Source: Alphaproteobacteria bacterium
GTDB taxonomy: Bacteria; Pseudomonadota; Alphaproteobacteria; UBA828
Assembly (NCBI GenBank): GCA_965220745.1
Contig: CBDCQT010000013.1
Span: 544,001-608,000 of the forward strand
DNA: 64,000 bases
Direction: 5' to 3'
In this document: in pieces, positions 38,119 to 47,818 of the stretch
How positions within the stretch are numbered: the stretch's first letter is position 1
Layout: each line of letters begins with the position of its first letter
Notes under the pieces: model-generated
The model's input: only the letters and a program-made list of their open reading frames with translations
Database searches by the model: none
Told to the model about the DNA's origin: nothing
Translations under genes and position numbers: made by a program

Positions 38119-39273
38119 GTGAGCCAGATCGCGCTCCCCGCCGTCTTCATGCGGGGCGGCACCAGCAAGGGCCTCTTCTTCCACCGCCGCGACCTGCCGG
38201 CAGAGCGCGCCGAATGGGATGCGCTCTTCCTTGCCGCGCTCGGCAGCCCCGACCCCCACGGCCGCCAGCTCGACGGCATGGGCGGCGGCATCTCCTCGCT
38301 CAGCAAGGTGGTGGTGGTGGGCCCGAGCACGCGCCCCGGTGTGGACATCGACTATCTCTTCGGCCAGGTGGCGGTGGAGCAGGCGCGCGTCGATTACCGC
38401 AGCAACTGCGGCAACCTCACGGCCGCCGCCGGTCCCTTCGCCGTGGACGAAGGGCTGGTGCAGGCGGCGGACGGCGAAGCCGCTCTCACCCTCCACAACT
38501 GCAACCTGGACCAGCGGATCGAGGCGCGCTTCCAGGTCGCGAACGGCCGCGCAGTGGTGGAGGGTGAGACCGTGCTCGACGGCGTCGCGGGCCAGGGCGC
38601 GCCCATCGGCCTGTCATTCCTGGAGCCGGGCGGCGCCGTCACCGGCCGTCTGCTGCCCACAGGCCGCGCCAGGGACGTGCTCGACATGCCGGACGCGGGC
38701 CCGATCGAGGCCACGCTGATCGACGCCTCGACCGCGCTGGTCATCGTTCACGCCGAGGCCCTGGGCCTGACGGGCGTCGAACTGCCCGGCGTCATCGAGG
38801 CCGACCCCGCCCTCACCCAGCGGCTGGAGGCGATCCGCCGCGCCGGTGCCGCCGCCATGGGCCTCGACCCGGAGACCGCGAGCGTGCCCAAGGTCGCCTT
38901 CGTCGCCTCTCCTGCGGATGCAACGACGCTCAGCGGCGCGCGCCTCTCAGCAGACTCGGTCGATCTCTCGGCGCGGGCGATCTCCATGGGCCGTCCGCAC
39001 CGGGCGCTGCCGCTGACCGCGGCGCTCGCTCTGGCGGCAGCCGCGCGTATCCCCGGCACCCTCGCCGCCGAAGCCGCCCTTCCCGGCACGGCCGACGAGA
39101 CCCCCGTCCGCCTCGGCCATTCTTCCGGCGTCGCCGAGGTCGCGGTCGATCTCGCAACCGCCGACCCGCCCCGCCTCGCCCGCCTCACCGTGACCCGCAC
39201 CGCCCGCCGCCTGATGGAAGGCCGCGTGCTCGTCCCCACCCACCGCCTCGCCGATGCACCGGTCGCCGGATAG
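38119..39273 (+). CDS. PrpF-family isomerase
   Basis: MRGGTSKG, GSPDP, DGMGGG, NCGN, RTARRLMEG. Confidence 0.9.
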   Translation: MSQIALPAVFMRGGTSKGLFFHRRDLPAERAEWDALFLAALGSPDPHGRQLDGMGGGISSLSKVVVVGPSTRPGVDIDYLFGQVAVEQARVDYRSNCGNLTAAAGPFAVDEGLVQAADGEAALTLHNCNLDQRIEARFQVANGRAVVEGETVLDGVAGQGAPIGLSFLEPGGAVTGRLLPTGRARDVLDMPDAGPIEATLIDASTALVIVHAEALGLTGVELPGVIEADPALTQRLEAIRRAGAAAMGLDPETASVPKVAFVASPADATTLSGARLSADSVDLSARAISMGRPHRALPLTAALALAAAARIPGTLAAEAALPGTADETPVRLGHSSGVAEVAVDLATADPPRLARLTVTRTARRLMEGRVLVPTHRLADAPVAG

Positions 39274-39341
39274 GCCACACTCACCAAGCCGGGCCCGCAG
39301 TCTCGAACTCTTCCCTTGGGCCGCAATACCAGTGAGAGCGG

Positions 39342-39369
39342 TTGACGCACCGATTCACCCCTATATATT
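39342..39369 (+). promoter_or_regulatory. Sigma70/sigma32-like promoter upstream of a hypothetical ORF
   Basis: TTGACG-N16-TATATT with overlapping CCCCTAT. Confidence 0.45.
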
Positions 39370-39450
39370 GCGGTTTTGTGACCGCGACGCATCGCCGTGG
39401 CCGCGAGGACGGAAGCCGAGACTCCACGCCGACCGACAAAGGATCGCGTC

Positions 39451-39792
39451 ATGCAGCCCCAAAAAGCCGAGGTGCAGTCGTTCTTCGAGTTCCTGGCCGG
39501 ACTCCAGCACCTCGCGGCGGCGTGGCAAAGGCACGCGCAAGCCGCACGCGCCGCCTTGCACGCTCGGCTTCAGAACCCCGGCATCGTGTTGCGCGCCGTC
39601 GGCGTCATCGAAGCGCCGGAGACTCCTGCGCCGCTCAGGCTCGCAGCCCCGGAGGCGCCAGAGCATCTCGACGTGCAACCCGAGTTGAGCCCGGCCGAAG
39701 AGATGGCCCGTCAGCAAACCGATATCCGCGAGATCGACGAGTCTCAGAAAGCCGTGACCGAGCGCCTCCGCGACCAATACTGGTCATGGTGA
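39451..39792 (+). CDS. Hypothetical protein
   Basis: AAGGA RBS, upstream promoter, GC3-rich codons; no recognisable family. Confidence 0.55.
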   Translation: MQPQKAEVQSFFEFLAGLQHLAAAWQRHAQAARAALHARLQNPGIVLRAVGVIEAPETPAPLRLAAPEAPEHLDVQPELSPAEEMARQQTDIREIDESQKAVTERLRDQYWSW

Positions 39793-39841
39793 CAGCCCCG
39801 TCCATCCATCCAACTACATGGTTCCCCTTTCCTATCCACAC

Positions 39842-39908
39842 TTGATCGAAACACCTTCTATCGCAATTGGATAGCCACATTCGGCGTGAGGCCCCTGTGC
39901 GTCGCCGG
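39842..39908 (+). repeat. 67-bp direct repeat, copy 1
   Basis: 58/67 identical to 41232-41298 (manual count, ungapped). Confidence 0.85.
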
Positions 39909-40207
39909 CATCGAGCTTCGCTTTCCCGGCGACTGCGTCGCCTGCTGGAAAGTCCCCTCTCAGATGATGCCATTTGACCCGAACGCATACTGCACGCCGC
40001 CTGATAGAGGGTTGAATGTACATACCGCCGGAGCGCCCCGTCCGTCGGCTGCTAACAAAAACAGATGAGGCGTTTTTCGACGGCATCCCCATTTTGTGCT
40101 ACGACGAGTTCAGTGCACGTCGCAGATTCGTCTCGTCACAATCACCCTGTGCAGGCCCAAATAGCCAATATTTCACCTCATTCTGGTCAGAGTACCGGAG
40201 GTTTTGT

Positions 40208-40978
40208 ATGAGCATATCAACATGGCGAGGATTTATCCGGGCTCTCAAACGAGCACCTGAAGACTTTTACATTATTCATTATTCATGTCAAAGTTTATAT
40301 GATGACAACGAAGGACTCTCGCCTCGGATTACGTCGATCGTGGTTAGTCACTATGTGACTGAGCAAACAGTGAGCTTCTCAACGCACGCGATTGCGGAAG
40401 AATTAAATATCGAGCGCAATTCTGTTCGTGAAAGATTTGATGAAATTGAGCTTCGACTGCTATCTGATTTCTACGCGTATGTGCGGGATCGAAGAGATAA
40501 GTTTTGGATTCACTGGAATATGAGGAACTTGACGTATGGATTTGAGCACTTGGAGCATCGTTATCTGACCTTGGGAAGAGATGATGCCGTCGTAATTCCG
40601 ATTGAACACCGGATAAACCTCAACGATATGTTGCGAGACCGGTATGGAGCAAAATACTGCGCTCATCCACGAATGCGGTCACTAATGGAACTTAATGGGG
40701 GCATTCATCGGCACTTCTTGACAGGAGAAGAAGAGGTTGATGCATTTAATCGTGGCGAATTCATTAGAATGCACAACTCCACTCTATGTAAGGTAGGATT
40801 CTTTCACTATGCAATTAAGGCGTCTATTCAAGGAAAGATCCGTACAAAATCCAAATCTTGGGGCGTAAAAATTGACAGACTGTTTGAAAGCAGATTCGTT
40901 AAGTGTGTGGGGCTGCTTGGAGCTATCTGCACCTTGTGCTTAGCAGTTTGGCAGATCGTTGAAGCGCTAATATCGTAA
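40208..40978 (+). CDS. AT-rich hypothetical protein, possible DnaQ/RNase H-like fold with C-terminal TM helix
   Basis: GGAG RBS; EIELRLLSDF...WIHWNM...YGFEHLEHR pattern; hydrophobic C-terminus. Confidence 0.7.
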   Translation: MSISTWRGFIRALKRAPEDFYIIHYSCQSLYDDNEGLSPRITSIVVSHYVTEQTVSFSTHAIAEELNIERNSVRERFDEIELRLLSDFYAYVRDRRDKFWIHWNMRNLTYGFEHLEHRYLTLGRDDAVVIPIEHRINLNDMLRDRYGAKYCAHPRMRSLMELNGGIHRHFLTGEEEVDAFNRGEFIRMHNSTLCKVGFFHYAIKASIQGKIRTKSKSWGVKIDRLFESRFVKCVGLLGAICTLCLAVWQIVEALIS

Positions 40979-41231
40979 TTTCCACATTCTAGTTGGACGT
41001 ACGTGACGATTATTTTCGAATTAATATGTGCACGTGATCGAAACAGTTTAGCTATAAAGTGGACAGTAGATCATTGGTAAATTTGAGGAAGGGGCTTGCG
41101 TTGTTCGAAACGGGTGATGGCTGACATGCTCCTTCGGGGTTGTCGGCTAGGCTCTCAGTCGAAGGGAATGACCGAGCGGCAGAAATGGCAAGAGCGCATC
41201 CCGCTGGCAGAGGTAGCACCCTTCTCCACCA

Positions 41232-41298
41232 TTGATCGAAACGCCTTCTATCGCTATTGGATAGCCACCATCGGCGAAGGGACCCTGTGCGGCGCCGG
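41232..41298 (+). repeat. 67-bp direct repeat, copy 2 (upstream region of the pentapeptide gene)
   Basis: Matches 39842-39908; contains CTATC-N7-GATAG. Confidence 0.85.
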
Positions 41299-41331
41299 GA
41301 CGCGGCTGCACGGGGCAAGGGAGTGTGCGCC

Positions 41332-42051
41332 ATGGCGAACCCCGCTGGGGGCACGGCGGCGGGCGAGAAGCCCGACCTCGACACCATCGCGCAGGCGCGC
41401 GCGGACCACGCGCGCTGGCTCGAGAGCGACGGTGCCGAGGGCGCGCGCGCCGACTTCTCCGGCATGGAACTCTCCGACGTGCGCTTCCCCGGTGCGGACC
41501 TGCGCCGGGCGCGCTTCGCGGGCGCCAACCTCTTCCGTGCCGACTTCGCGGGCGCCGACCTCTCCGAGGCCGACTTCACCGGCGCCAACCTGAACCGCGC
41601 CGACCTCGCGGGCTCCACGCTGCAGCGCGCGGTGCTGGACAAGACCGATCTCTCCGACGCCGCCCTCGGCGATGCCCGCATGGAGCACGCCTCGCTGGTG
41701 GAGGCCAGCCTGCAGCGCGCCTGGCTCGGCCGCGCGCACCTGGAGCACGCGACGCTGACCCGCGCCGACCTGCACGGCACCTGGGCGGGCCGCGCCAGTT
41801 TCGAGCAGGCGAACCTGGTAGGCGCCATGCTGGTGGGCGCCGAGTTCCCCGGCACCAGCTTTCGCAATGCGTCGTTGAGGAGCGCCTATTTTGGTGGCGT
41901 GGCTCTGGCGGACGCCGATCTCTCCGGCGCCGACCTGGGCGAGGTACGCAACCTCACGCCGGCGCAGCTCGAGGCGGCAATCCTCGACGAGCGCACCGTC
42001 TTGCCACCGGAGCTCGACCTTCGCGACAGCAAGGCGTCAGCGACGGGGTAA
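41332..42051 (+). CDS. Pentapeptide repeat protein
   Basis: A(D/N)LxxA repeats, HARWLES, NLTPAQL. Confidence 0.9.
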   Translation: MANPAGGTAAGEKPDLDTIAQARADHARWLESDGAEGARADFSGMELSDVRFPGADLRRARFAGANLFRADFAGADLSEADFTGANLNRADLAGSTLQRAVLDKTDLSDAALGDARMEHASLVEASLQRAWLGRAHLEHATLTRADLHGTWAGRASFEQANLVGAMLVGAEFPGTSFRNASLRSAYFGGVALADADLSGADLGEVRNLTPAQLEAAILDERTVLPPELDLRDSKASATG

Positions 42052-42132
42052 GGCCGGGCCAATGGAGACAGCAAGACCGCGGCGCCGCCGGCGCGGCGGC
42101 GACAATCGACGGAGCGCGGAAGGGAGGACTTC

Positions 42133-44169
42133 GTGACGAAGCTCAGGGTAGCGGTCGATATCGGCGGCACGTTCACCGATATCTGCATTCTCGACGAGGA
42201 CTCGGGCGCCCTCAGGGTCGCCAAGACGGCATCGACGCCCGAAGACCCCCTGATCGGCGCGATGCGGGGGCTGGACGAGGCGGAGGTCTCGCTCAAGGAC
42301 GTGACCCTCTTCTCCCACGGCACCACCGTCGCCACCAACGCGCTGATCACGCGCCGGCTGCCGCCCGCCGCGATGATCTGCACCGAGGGCTACCGCGACG
42401 TCATCGAGATCAGGCGCTCCAACAAGGAGGACCTCTGGGACACCTACAACGACGTGGCCCAGCCCTACATCCGGCGCCGCGACCGGCTCACCGTGCGCGA
42501 GCGCATTGACCACGGCGGCAAGGTCTCGACCCCGCTGGACGAGACGGACGCCCGCGAGAAGGCCCGAATCCTGCGCAAGCGCGGCGTGGAGGCCGTCGCC
42601 GTCTGCTTCATGAACTCCTTCATCAACCCGCAGCACGAGGCGCGCATGAAGGAGATCCTGCAGGAGGAGCTGCCGGGCGTGGAGATCACCACCTCGTCCG
42701 AGACCCTGCCCGAGATCTTCGAGCACGAACGCTTCTCCACCACCGTGGTGAACGCGATCCTGAGCCCGGTTGTGGGTGGCTACGTGAAGCGCATGAACGA
42801 CGCGCTGCAGCAGGGCGGCTACGCCAGCGACCTGCTCATGCTGCACTCCGGCGGCGGCGTGATGACACCCGCGACCGCCGGGCAGTTCGCGGGCCGCCTC
42901 GCCGGCTCCGGCATCGCCGCCGGTGCCATCGCGAGCCGCCACATCGCCATGCTCTGCGGCTACGAGAACTCCATCGGCCTCGACATGGGCGGCACCAGCT
43001 GCGACGTCTCGCTCGTCTTCGGCGGCGAATCCCGCGTCACCAAGGACTGGCACATCGAGTTCGGCTACCCCATCCGCTTCCCCAGCATCGAGGTGCTGAC
43101 CATCGGCGCGGGCGGCGGCTCGCTCGCCTGGATCGACGACGCGGGCTCGCTGCACAACGGGCCGCAGTCGGCGGGCGCCGATCCCGGCCCGGCCTGCTAC
43201 GGGCGCGGCAACACCACGCCCACCAACACCGATGCGAACCTGGCGCTCGGCCGGCTCGGCACCTCGCTCGCCGGCGGGCAGATCGAGCTGGACAAGGCGG
43301 CCTCGGAAGAAGCCGTGCGCACCGCCGTCGCCGAGCCCCTCGGCATGGACCCCGTCACCGCCGCCAAGGCCATCGTCAGCGTCGCCAACGCCAACATGGC
43401 GGATGCGGTCAGGCTGATTTCCATCAGCCGGGGCTATGATCCGCGCGACTTCGCGCTCGTCGCCTTCGGCGGCGCGGGCGCGCTGCACGGCGTGGCGCTG
43501 GCCAAGGAGCTCTCGATCCCGACCGTGATCGTGCCGCCCAATCCGGGCGTCACCTCGGCGCTCGGCTGCCTGCTGGTGGACGTGCGCCACGACCTCTCGC
43601 AGACCTACCTTGCGCTCGCGGCCGAGGCCGACCCGGCCGACATCGAGGCCCGCTTCGGCGAGATGGAGGCGGAGGCACACCGCCGCTTGGTGAAGGAAGG
43701 CGTGGCCGAGGCCGACATGGTCCTGCAGCGCAGCATCGACATGATGTACCAGGGCCAGTGGCGCTCGCTCCAGGTGCCGGTGGCCTCGCCCTTCACGTCG
43801 GTTCCGGAGGCGGTCGCCGCCTTCCACGCCGACCACGACCGCGAATACGCCTTCCGCCGGGACGACACGCCGGTCGAGCTTTTCCGCCTCAGCGTCACGG
43901 CCATCGGCACGGTGCCCAAGGCCGAGCTGATGAGTCATACGGCGAACGGCGCGAAGGCCGTGGCGGAATCCTCGCGCATGGTCGATTTCGACGAGGTTGA
44001 GGGCGCCCTCGAGACCCCGATATACTCCCACGAAGGGCTTCCGGCGGGTGTGACCATCGAGGGGCCGGCCATCGTCGAGCAGCTCGATTCGACGACCGTC
44101 ATCCCGCCCGGCGTACGCGCAGAGGTGGACGAGTGGCTCAACATTCGAATCCACGTAGCGGAGGCATGA
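42133..44169 (+). CDS. Hydantoinase A/oxoprolinase (ATP-dependent cyclic amidase, subunit A)
   Basis: DIGGTFTD, HGTTVATNA, DMGGTS, IGAGGGS, GADPGPACY, AFGGAGALH. Confidence 0.92.
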   Translation: MTKLRVAVDIGGTFTDICILDEDSGALRVAKTASTPEDPLIGAMRGLDEAEVSLKDVTLFSHGTTVATNALITRRLPPAAMICTEGYRDVIEIRRSNKEDLWDTYNDVAQPYIRRRDRLTVRERIDHGGKVSTPLDETDAREKARILRKRGVEAVAVCFMNSFINPQHEARMKEILQEELPGVEITTSSETLPEIFEHERFSTTVVNAILSPVVGGYVKRMNDALQQGGYASDLLMLHSGGGVMTPATAGQFAGRLAGSGIAAGAIASRHIAMLCGYENSIGLDMGGTSCDVSLVFGGESRVTKDWHIEFGYPIRFPSIEVLTIGAGGGSLAWIDDAGSLHNGPQSAGADPGPACYGRGNTTPTNTDANLALGRLGTSLAGGQIELDKAASEEAVRTAVAEPLGMDPVTAAKAIVSVANANMADAVRLISISRGYDPRDFALVAFGGAGALHGVALAKELSIPTVIVPPNPGVTSALGCLLVDVRHDLSQTYLALAAEADPADIEARFGEMEAEAHRRLVKEGVAEADMVLQRSIDMMYQGQWRSLQVPVASPFTSVPEAVAAFHADHDREYAFRRDDTPVELFRLSVTAIGTVPKAELMSHTANGAKAVAESSRMVDFDEVEGALETPIYSHEGLPAGVTIEGPAIVEQLDSTTVIPPGVRAEVDEWLNIRIHVAEA

Positions 44170-46169
44170 AGATGAGCAAGAACGGCAGCGGCATTACGCT
44201 CGATCCCGTCACCTTCGAGGTCCTGAAGAACTCCTTCATCACGACCGTCGACCAGATGGCGGAGCAGATCCTCCGGACCTGCTACTCCTTCGTCATCTAC
44301 AACCGCGACTTCTCCTCCGCGCTGAACGACGCCAACGGCGATTCCATCGCCCAGGGCAACATGGACATCGCGGTCCACGTCGGCACGCTGCACTACACCT
44401 GCAAGGCGGTCATTGACACCTTCAAGGACGATATGCGGCCGGGCGACGTGTTCATGACCAACGACCCGTATGCCGGCGGCACCCACTTCAACGACGTGCG
44501 CATCATCCGCCCGGTGTTCGTGGGCGACGAGATCATCGCCTTCGCCCAGTCCAACGGCCACTGGTCCGATGTTGGCGGCTCCACGCCCGGCTCCTTCGAC
44601 GTGCTCGCCAAGGAGATGTTCCGCGAGGGCATCCGCATCACGCCGACCCGGCTGATCGACGCGGGCAAGTGGCGCCACGACTTCGCCGAGATGATCGCCG
44701 CCAACACCCGCGATCCCGAATCGATCATTGGCGACATGAACGCGCAGGCCGAGGCCACCCGCGTCGCCGAGCGCGAGATCCTCCGGCTGGTCGAGAAGTA
44801 CGGCAAGGACACCGTCGTCACCGGCTGCAAGGAGGTGCAGGACTACGTCGAGCTCGCCACCCGCCAACGCATCTCCGAGCTTCCCGACGGCACCTGGGAG
44901 AACGTCGATTACATCGACCGCGACCCGGCGCTCGGCGAGGGCATGATCCCGATCAAGGTGAAGCTCACCATCAAGGGCGACGAGGTCACCTACGACTTCA
45001 CCGGCAGCCACGACACCATCAGCACGCTCTACAACTCCGCCTTCGGCGGCACCTTCTCCGCCGTGGTCGCCGGCATGAAGACCTACTTCCCCGATCTCCC
45101 GCTCAACTCCGGCTTCTACCGGCCGATCAACGTGATCGCGCCCGAGAACTCCATCGTCGACGCCAAGTGGCCGGTGGCGGTGACGGGCTTTCTGATGCCG
45201 TTCGAGAAGATCATGAACTCGATCTACGAGATCTGGTCCGACATCATGCCCGAGCGCGCCATCGCCTGCGCCTTCAACCTGGAGTACCTGCTCACCGGCG
45301 GCCGCGACCTGCGCACCAAGGACCGCAACATCTTCATGTTCTACGACTGGCTGCCCGGCGGCTGGGGCGGGCGCAACGGCAAAGACGGCTGCAACGTCAC
45401 TACCGCCTGCTTCGGCACCGGCCTGATGACCCAGCCGGTGGAGGGCCAGGAGCGACTCTGCCCGATCATCGCCAACGAGTACCAGATCAACACCGATTCC
45501 CCCGGCCCCGGCAAGTGGCGGGGCGGCGCCGGCGTGGTCAAGACCAGCACGCTGCAGGACGCCGAGAGCACCGTCATCTCCTACATCTGCGACCGCGAGC
45601 GCGCGATCGTCTGGGGCATCAAGGGCGGCCTGCCCTCCATGCCCCACGGGCTCTACATCCAGCGCAAGGGCAAGAACGAGCGCGAGTGGCTCGGCTCGAT
45701 CTTCTCCGACGTGCCCATCGCGTCCGGCGACATCTTCTCGCGGCCGACCGCCGGCGGCGGCGGCCTGGGCGACCCGCTCGAGCGCGACCCCGCCCTGGTG
45801 ATGCGCGACGTGGAGGACGACTACGTCTCCATAGAGCGCGCCCGCAAGGACTACGGCGTCGTGCTCAAGGTCATCGATCTGGACCTCGCGAGCTACGAGG
45901 TGGATGTCGAGGCGACGCGCACCGAGCGCGCGGCCATCGCCAAGGCGCGGCGCAGCTGGCTCGAGGAGGACGGCGCCGCCGTCGCCGAGCGCTACCGCAA
46001 CGGCGAGATTAACGAGTTCGACATGGTGCGCCGCTACGGCGTCATTGTGGACTGGGGCACGGGCGAGTACTTCCCCAAGACCACCGCCGAGTTCCGCACG
46101 ATGATGAAGAAGCGCTCGGCCGCCCACTGGAACGACGCCATCGCCGAGCTCGACCAGGCCGCCGAATAG
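44166..46169 (+). CDS. Hydantoinase B/oxoprolinase (subunit B)
   Basis: DPVTFEV, RDFS, NDPYAGGTHFND, GHWSDVGG, AGGGGLGDPLERD. Confidence 0.92.
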   Translation: MKMSKNGSGITLDPVTFEVLKNSFITTVDQMAEQILRTCYSFVIYNRDFSSALNDANGDSIAQGNMDIAVHVGTLHYTCKAVIDTFKDDMRPGDVFMTNDPYAGGTHFNDVRIIRPVFVGDEIIAFAQSNGHWSDVGGSTPGSFDVLAKEMFREGIRITPTRLIDAGKWRHDFAEMIAANTRDPESIIGDMNAQAEATRVAEREILRLVEKYGKDTVVTGCKEVQDYVELATRQRISELPDGTWENVDYIDRDPALGEGMIPIKVKLTIKGDEVTYDFTGSHDTISTLYNSAFGGTFSAVVAGMKTYFPDLPLNSGFYRPINVIAPENSIVDAKWPVAVTGFLMPFEKIMNSIYEIWSDIMPERAIACAFNLEYLLTGGRDLRTKDRNIFMFYDWLPGGWGGRNGKDGCNVTTACFGTGLMTQPVEGQERLCPIIANEYQINTDSPGPGKWRGGAGVVKTSTLQDAESTVISYICDRERAIVWGIKGGLPSMPHGLYIQRKGKNEREWLGSIFSDVPIASGDIFSRPTAGGGGLGDPLERDPALVMRDVEDDYVSIERARKDYGVVLKVIDLDLASYEVDVEATRTERAAIAKARRSWLEEDGAAVAERYRNGEINEFDMVRRYGVIVDWGTGEYFPKTTAEFRTMMKKRSAAHWNDAIAELDQAAE

Positions 46170-46197
46170 GCAGCAATCTCGGTTAAGTTTCCGGAAT

Positions 46198-46240
46198 AGA
46201 AATCCCCGCCATCACGCTGAGATGGCGGGGATTTCTTTCT
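46198..46240. terminator. Bidirectional terminator between convergent hydantoinase B and PhyH genes
   Basis: Perfect 16-bp stem AGAAATCCCCGCCATC/GATGGCGGGGATTTCT, 7-nt loop, T-rich tail. Confidence 0.75.
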
Positions 46241-47252
46241 CGTCGAGACGGCGCAGCAGGGTTTCCGCGCGCTGCCGCTTCTCCTCGTTCGGATCGCGCT
46301 GGACGATGCGCAGCAGCGTATCGCGCGCCGTGATGTCGCCGCTCTCCGCCATCTCGAACGCCATCCGATCGCGACGCTCGTAATAGCTGCGGTCGAGCGG
46401 TACGACATGGGGGGAGAGCGCCGACCAGTAATACTTCTCGTCGTCGGAGGACCAGCCCGCATAGACCTCTTCCCAGGTCCCGCAACCGGAATACGGGACC
46501 ATGTTGGTCTCGGCTATGGGCTGGCTTGCGGGCTGATAACGGGCGTCGAAGGACTGCCGTAACTCGGCCGAGCGATTGGGCAGCGCGCGATGCACGGTGG
46601 TATCCGAGAAAATCAGCACATCCCCTGCCTCGAAGGAGCCGCTCACCCATTGACCAGGGATCGGCACACAGATGTCCATGCCACCGGCACCGCTGCCGAC
46701 CTTCGTGTCCAGCACGCCCGCCAGGTGCGAACCGGCCGCGACCGCCAGCGACCCCTTCTCTCTCGGGCAATCGCCCAGCGGGACCCACATCGCGTGATTG
46801 GTTGCGCCGCCGATATGGACCTTGTCCTGATGCTCGCCCGTGGTGAAGTCGAAGCTCTCGCTTTGCGGGAAGATGTTGCGCTGGACGAACATGGGATGCG
46901 CGAGCGCGGGCTCGCCGAAGATGCCTTCGAAGAGCGCCAGCACCGCCGGATGGGTCCTGAGCCGGTGCAGCGCCTCGTCGGCCCAGATGCCGCGGAACAC
47001 GGCCATGTAACGTTCCTCGGGGTCCTTGCAGGCCGCATCCGGGTTGGCGATGCCCTCCTCGATCGAGTGCACCGGGTCGAGCCAGCCCCCGGCCGCCGCC
47101 TTCTCCAGCAGGCGCCGGCGAACCTCCAGCACGGCCTTGCGCGGCAACAGTCCGCGCAGGAACAGATAGCCGTCGCGCCGGAGCCGTTCGGCCAGCGCCG
47201 GCCCGTTGCCCATCAGCTCGGTCGAATCGAGAAAGCTGTGCGCTGCGTCCAT
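46212..47252 (-). CDS. PhyH-family Fe(II)/2OG dioxygenase
   Basis: RDGYLFLRG, HQD, WVPLGDC, GSH, GDVLIF...VHRALPN. Confidence 0.85.
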   Translation of the reverse strand: MDAAHSFLDSTELMGNGPALAERLRRDGYLFLRGLLPRKAVLEVRRRLLEKAAAGGWLDPVHSIEEGIANPDAACKDPEERYMAVFRGIWADEALHRLRTHPAVLALFEGIFGEPALAHPMFVQRNIFPQSESFDFTTGEHQDKVHIGGATNHAMWVPLGDCPREKGSLAVAAGSHLAGVLDTKVGSGAGGMDICVPIPGQWVSGSFEAGDVLIFSDTTVHRALPNRSAELRQSFDARYQPASQPIAETNMVPYSGCGTWEEVYAGWSSDDEKYYWSALSPHVVPLDRSYYERRDRMAFEMAESGDITARDTLLRIVQRDPNEEKRQRAETLLRRLDEKEIPAISA

Positions 47253-47302
47253 CGCCGCCGCTTTCGTCCGTACCGCCCGCGAGAGTGCGAGAGACCGGCG
47301 GG

Positions 47303-47710
47303 CTAGAGTTCCGGGTCCCCTTCGGTCCGTGGCAGCCCGTCTTCCATATGCACCCACGGGACGCGGTCCCCCTCAAATACGTGGCGTTGGGGCGTCATCG
47401 ACTCCGGGTGGTCGAGCGTTCCCACCGTGACCCACACCGACGGGCTCTGCCCCGAGGTGTAATTGTAGAATAACTGTCCCCCACAGCGTCCGCAGAAACT
47501 CCGGGTCGCAAACGACGAGGATTTGTAGCGTTCCGTCGTTCCCTGCGTAACCGTGAGGGCATCGTCTCCGAAGCCCGCCCATGTCTGGAACGCAGTGCCG
47601 CCCGCCCGGCGGCACATCGAGCAATGGCAATGGAAAACGTACACCGGTTCGCCTTGGACCTCGTAGCGCACGTCGCCGCAGAGGCAGCCACCGGAGAGCG
47701 TCTCGGACAT
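47303..47710 (-). CDS. GFA/CENP-V family Zn-binding protein
   Basis: GGCLCGDVRY, CHCSMCRR, FCGRCG. Confidence 0.9.
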   Translation of the reverse strand: MSETLSGGCLCGDVRYEVQGEPVYVFHCHCSMCRRAGGTAFQTWAGFGDDALTVTQGTTERYKSSSFATRSFCGRCGGQLFYNYTSGQSPSVWVTVGTLDHPESMTPQRHVFEGDRVPWVHMEDGLPRTEGDPEL

Positions 47711-47818
47711 GGATACCTCCCTCGAGAAGCAAGTCCCTTCGTTGTCTAGTAGGGGACGGCGGAAGAGTGCGCAAGGGAACCTGTTTGTGCAGTGAAGGAA
47801 AGGGCGGCCAGGGGGCGC

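Noticed and set aside
39842-39880. OxyR box in the direct repeat
   Set aside because: ATAG/CTAT half-sites are spaced N9, not the N7 of OxyR; only a generic dyad can be claimed
41028-41242. GAAAC-ending motifs at ~66-bp multiples resembling a CRISPR array
   Set aside because: Only ~10 bp conserved, middle unit missing, no palindromic repeat body and no cas genes
41440-41950. Short periodic DNA repeats
   Set aside because: Fully explained by pentapeptide-repeat coding
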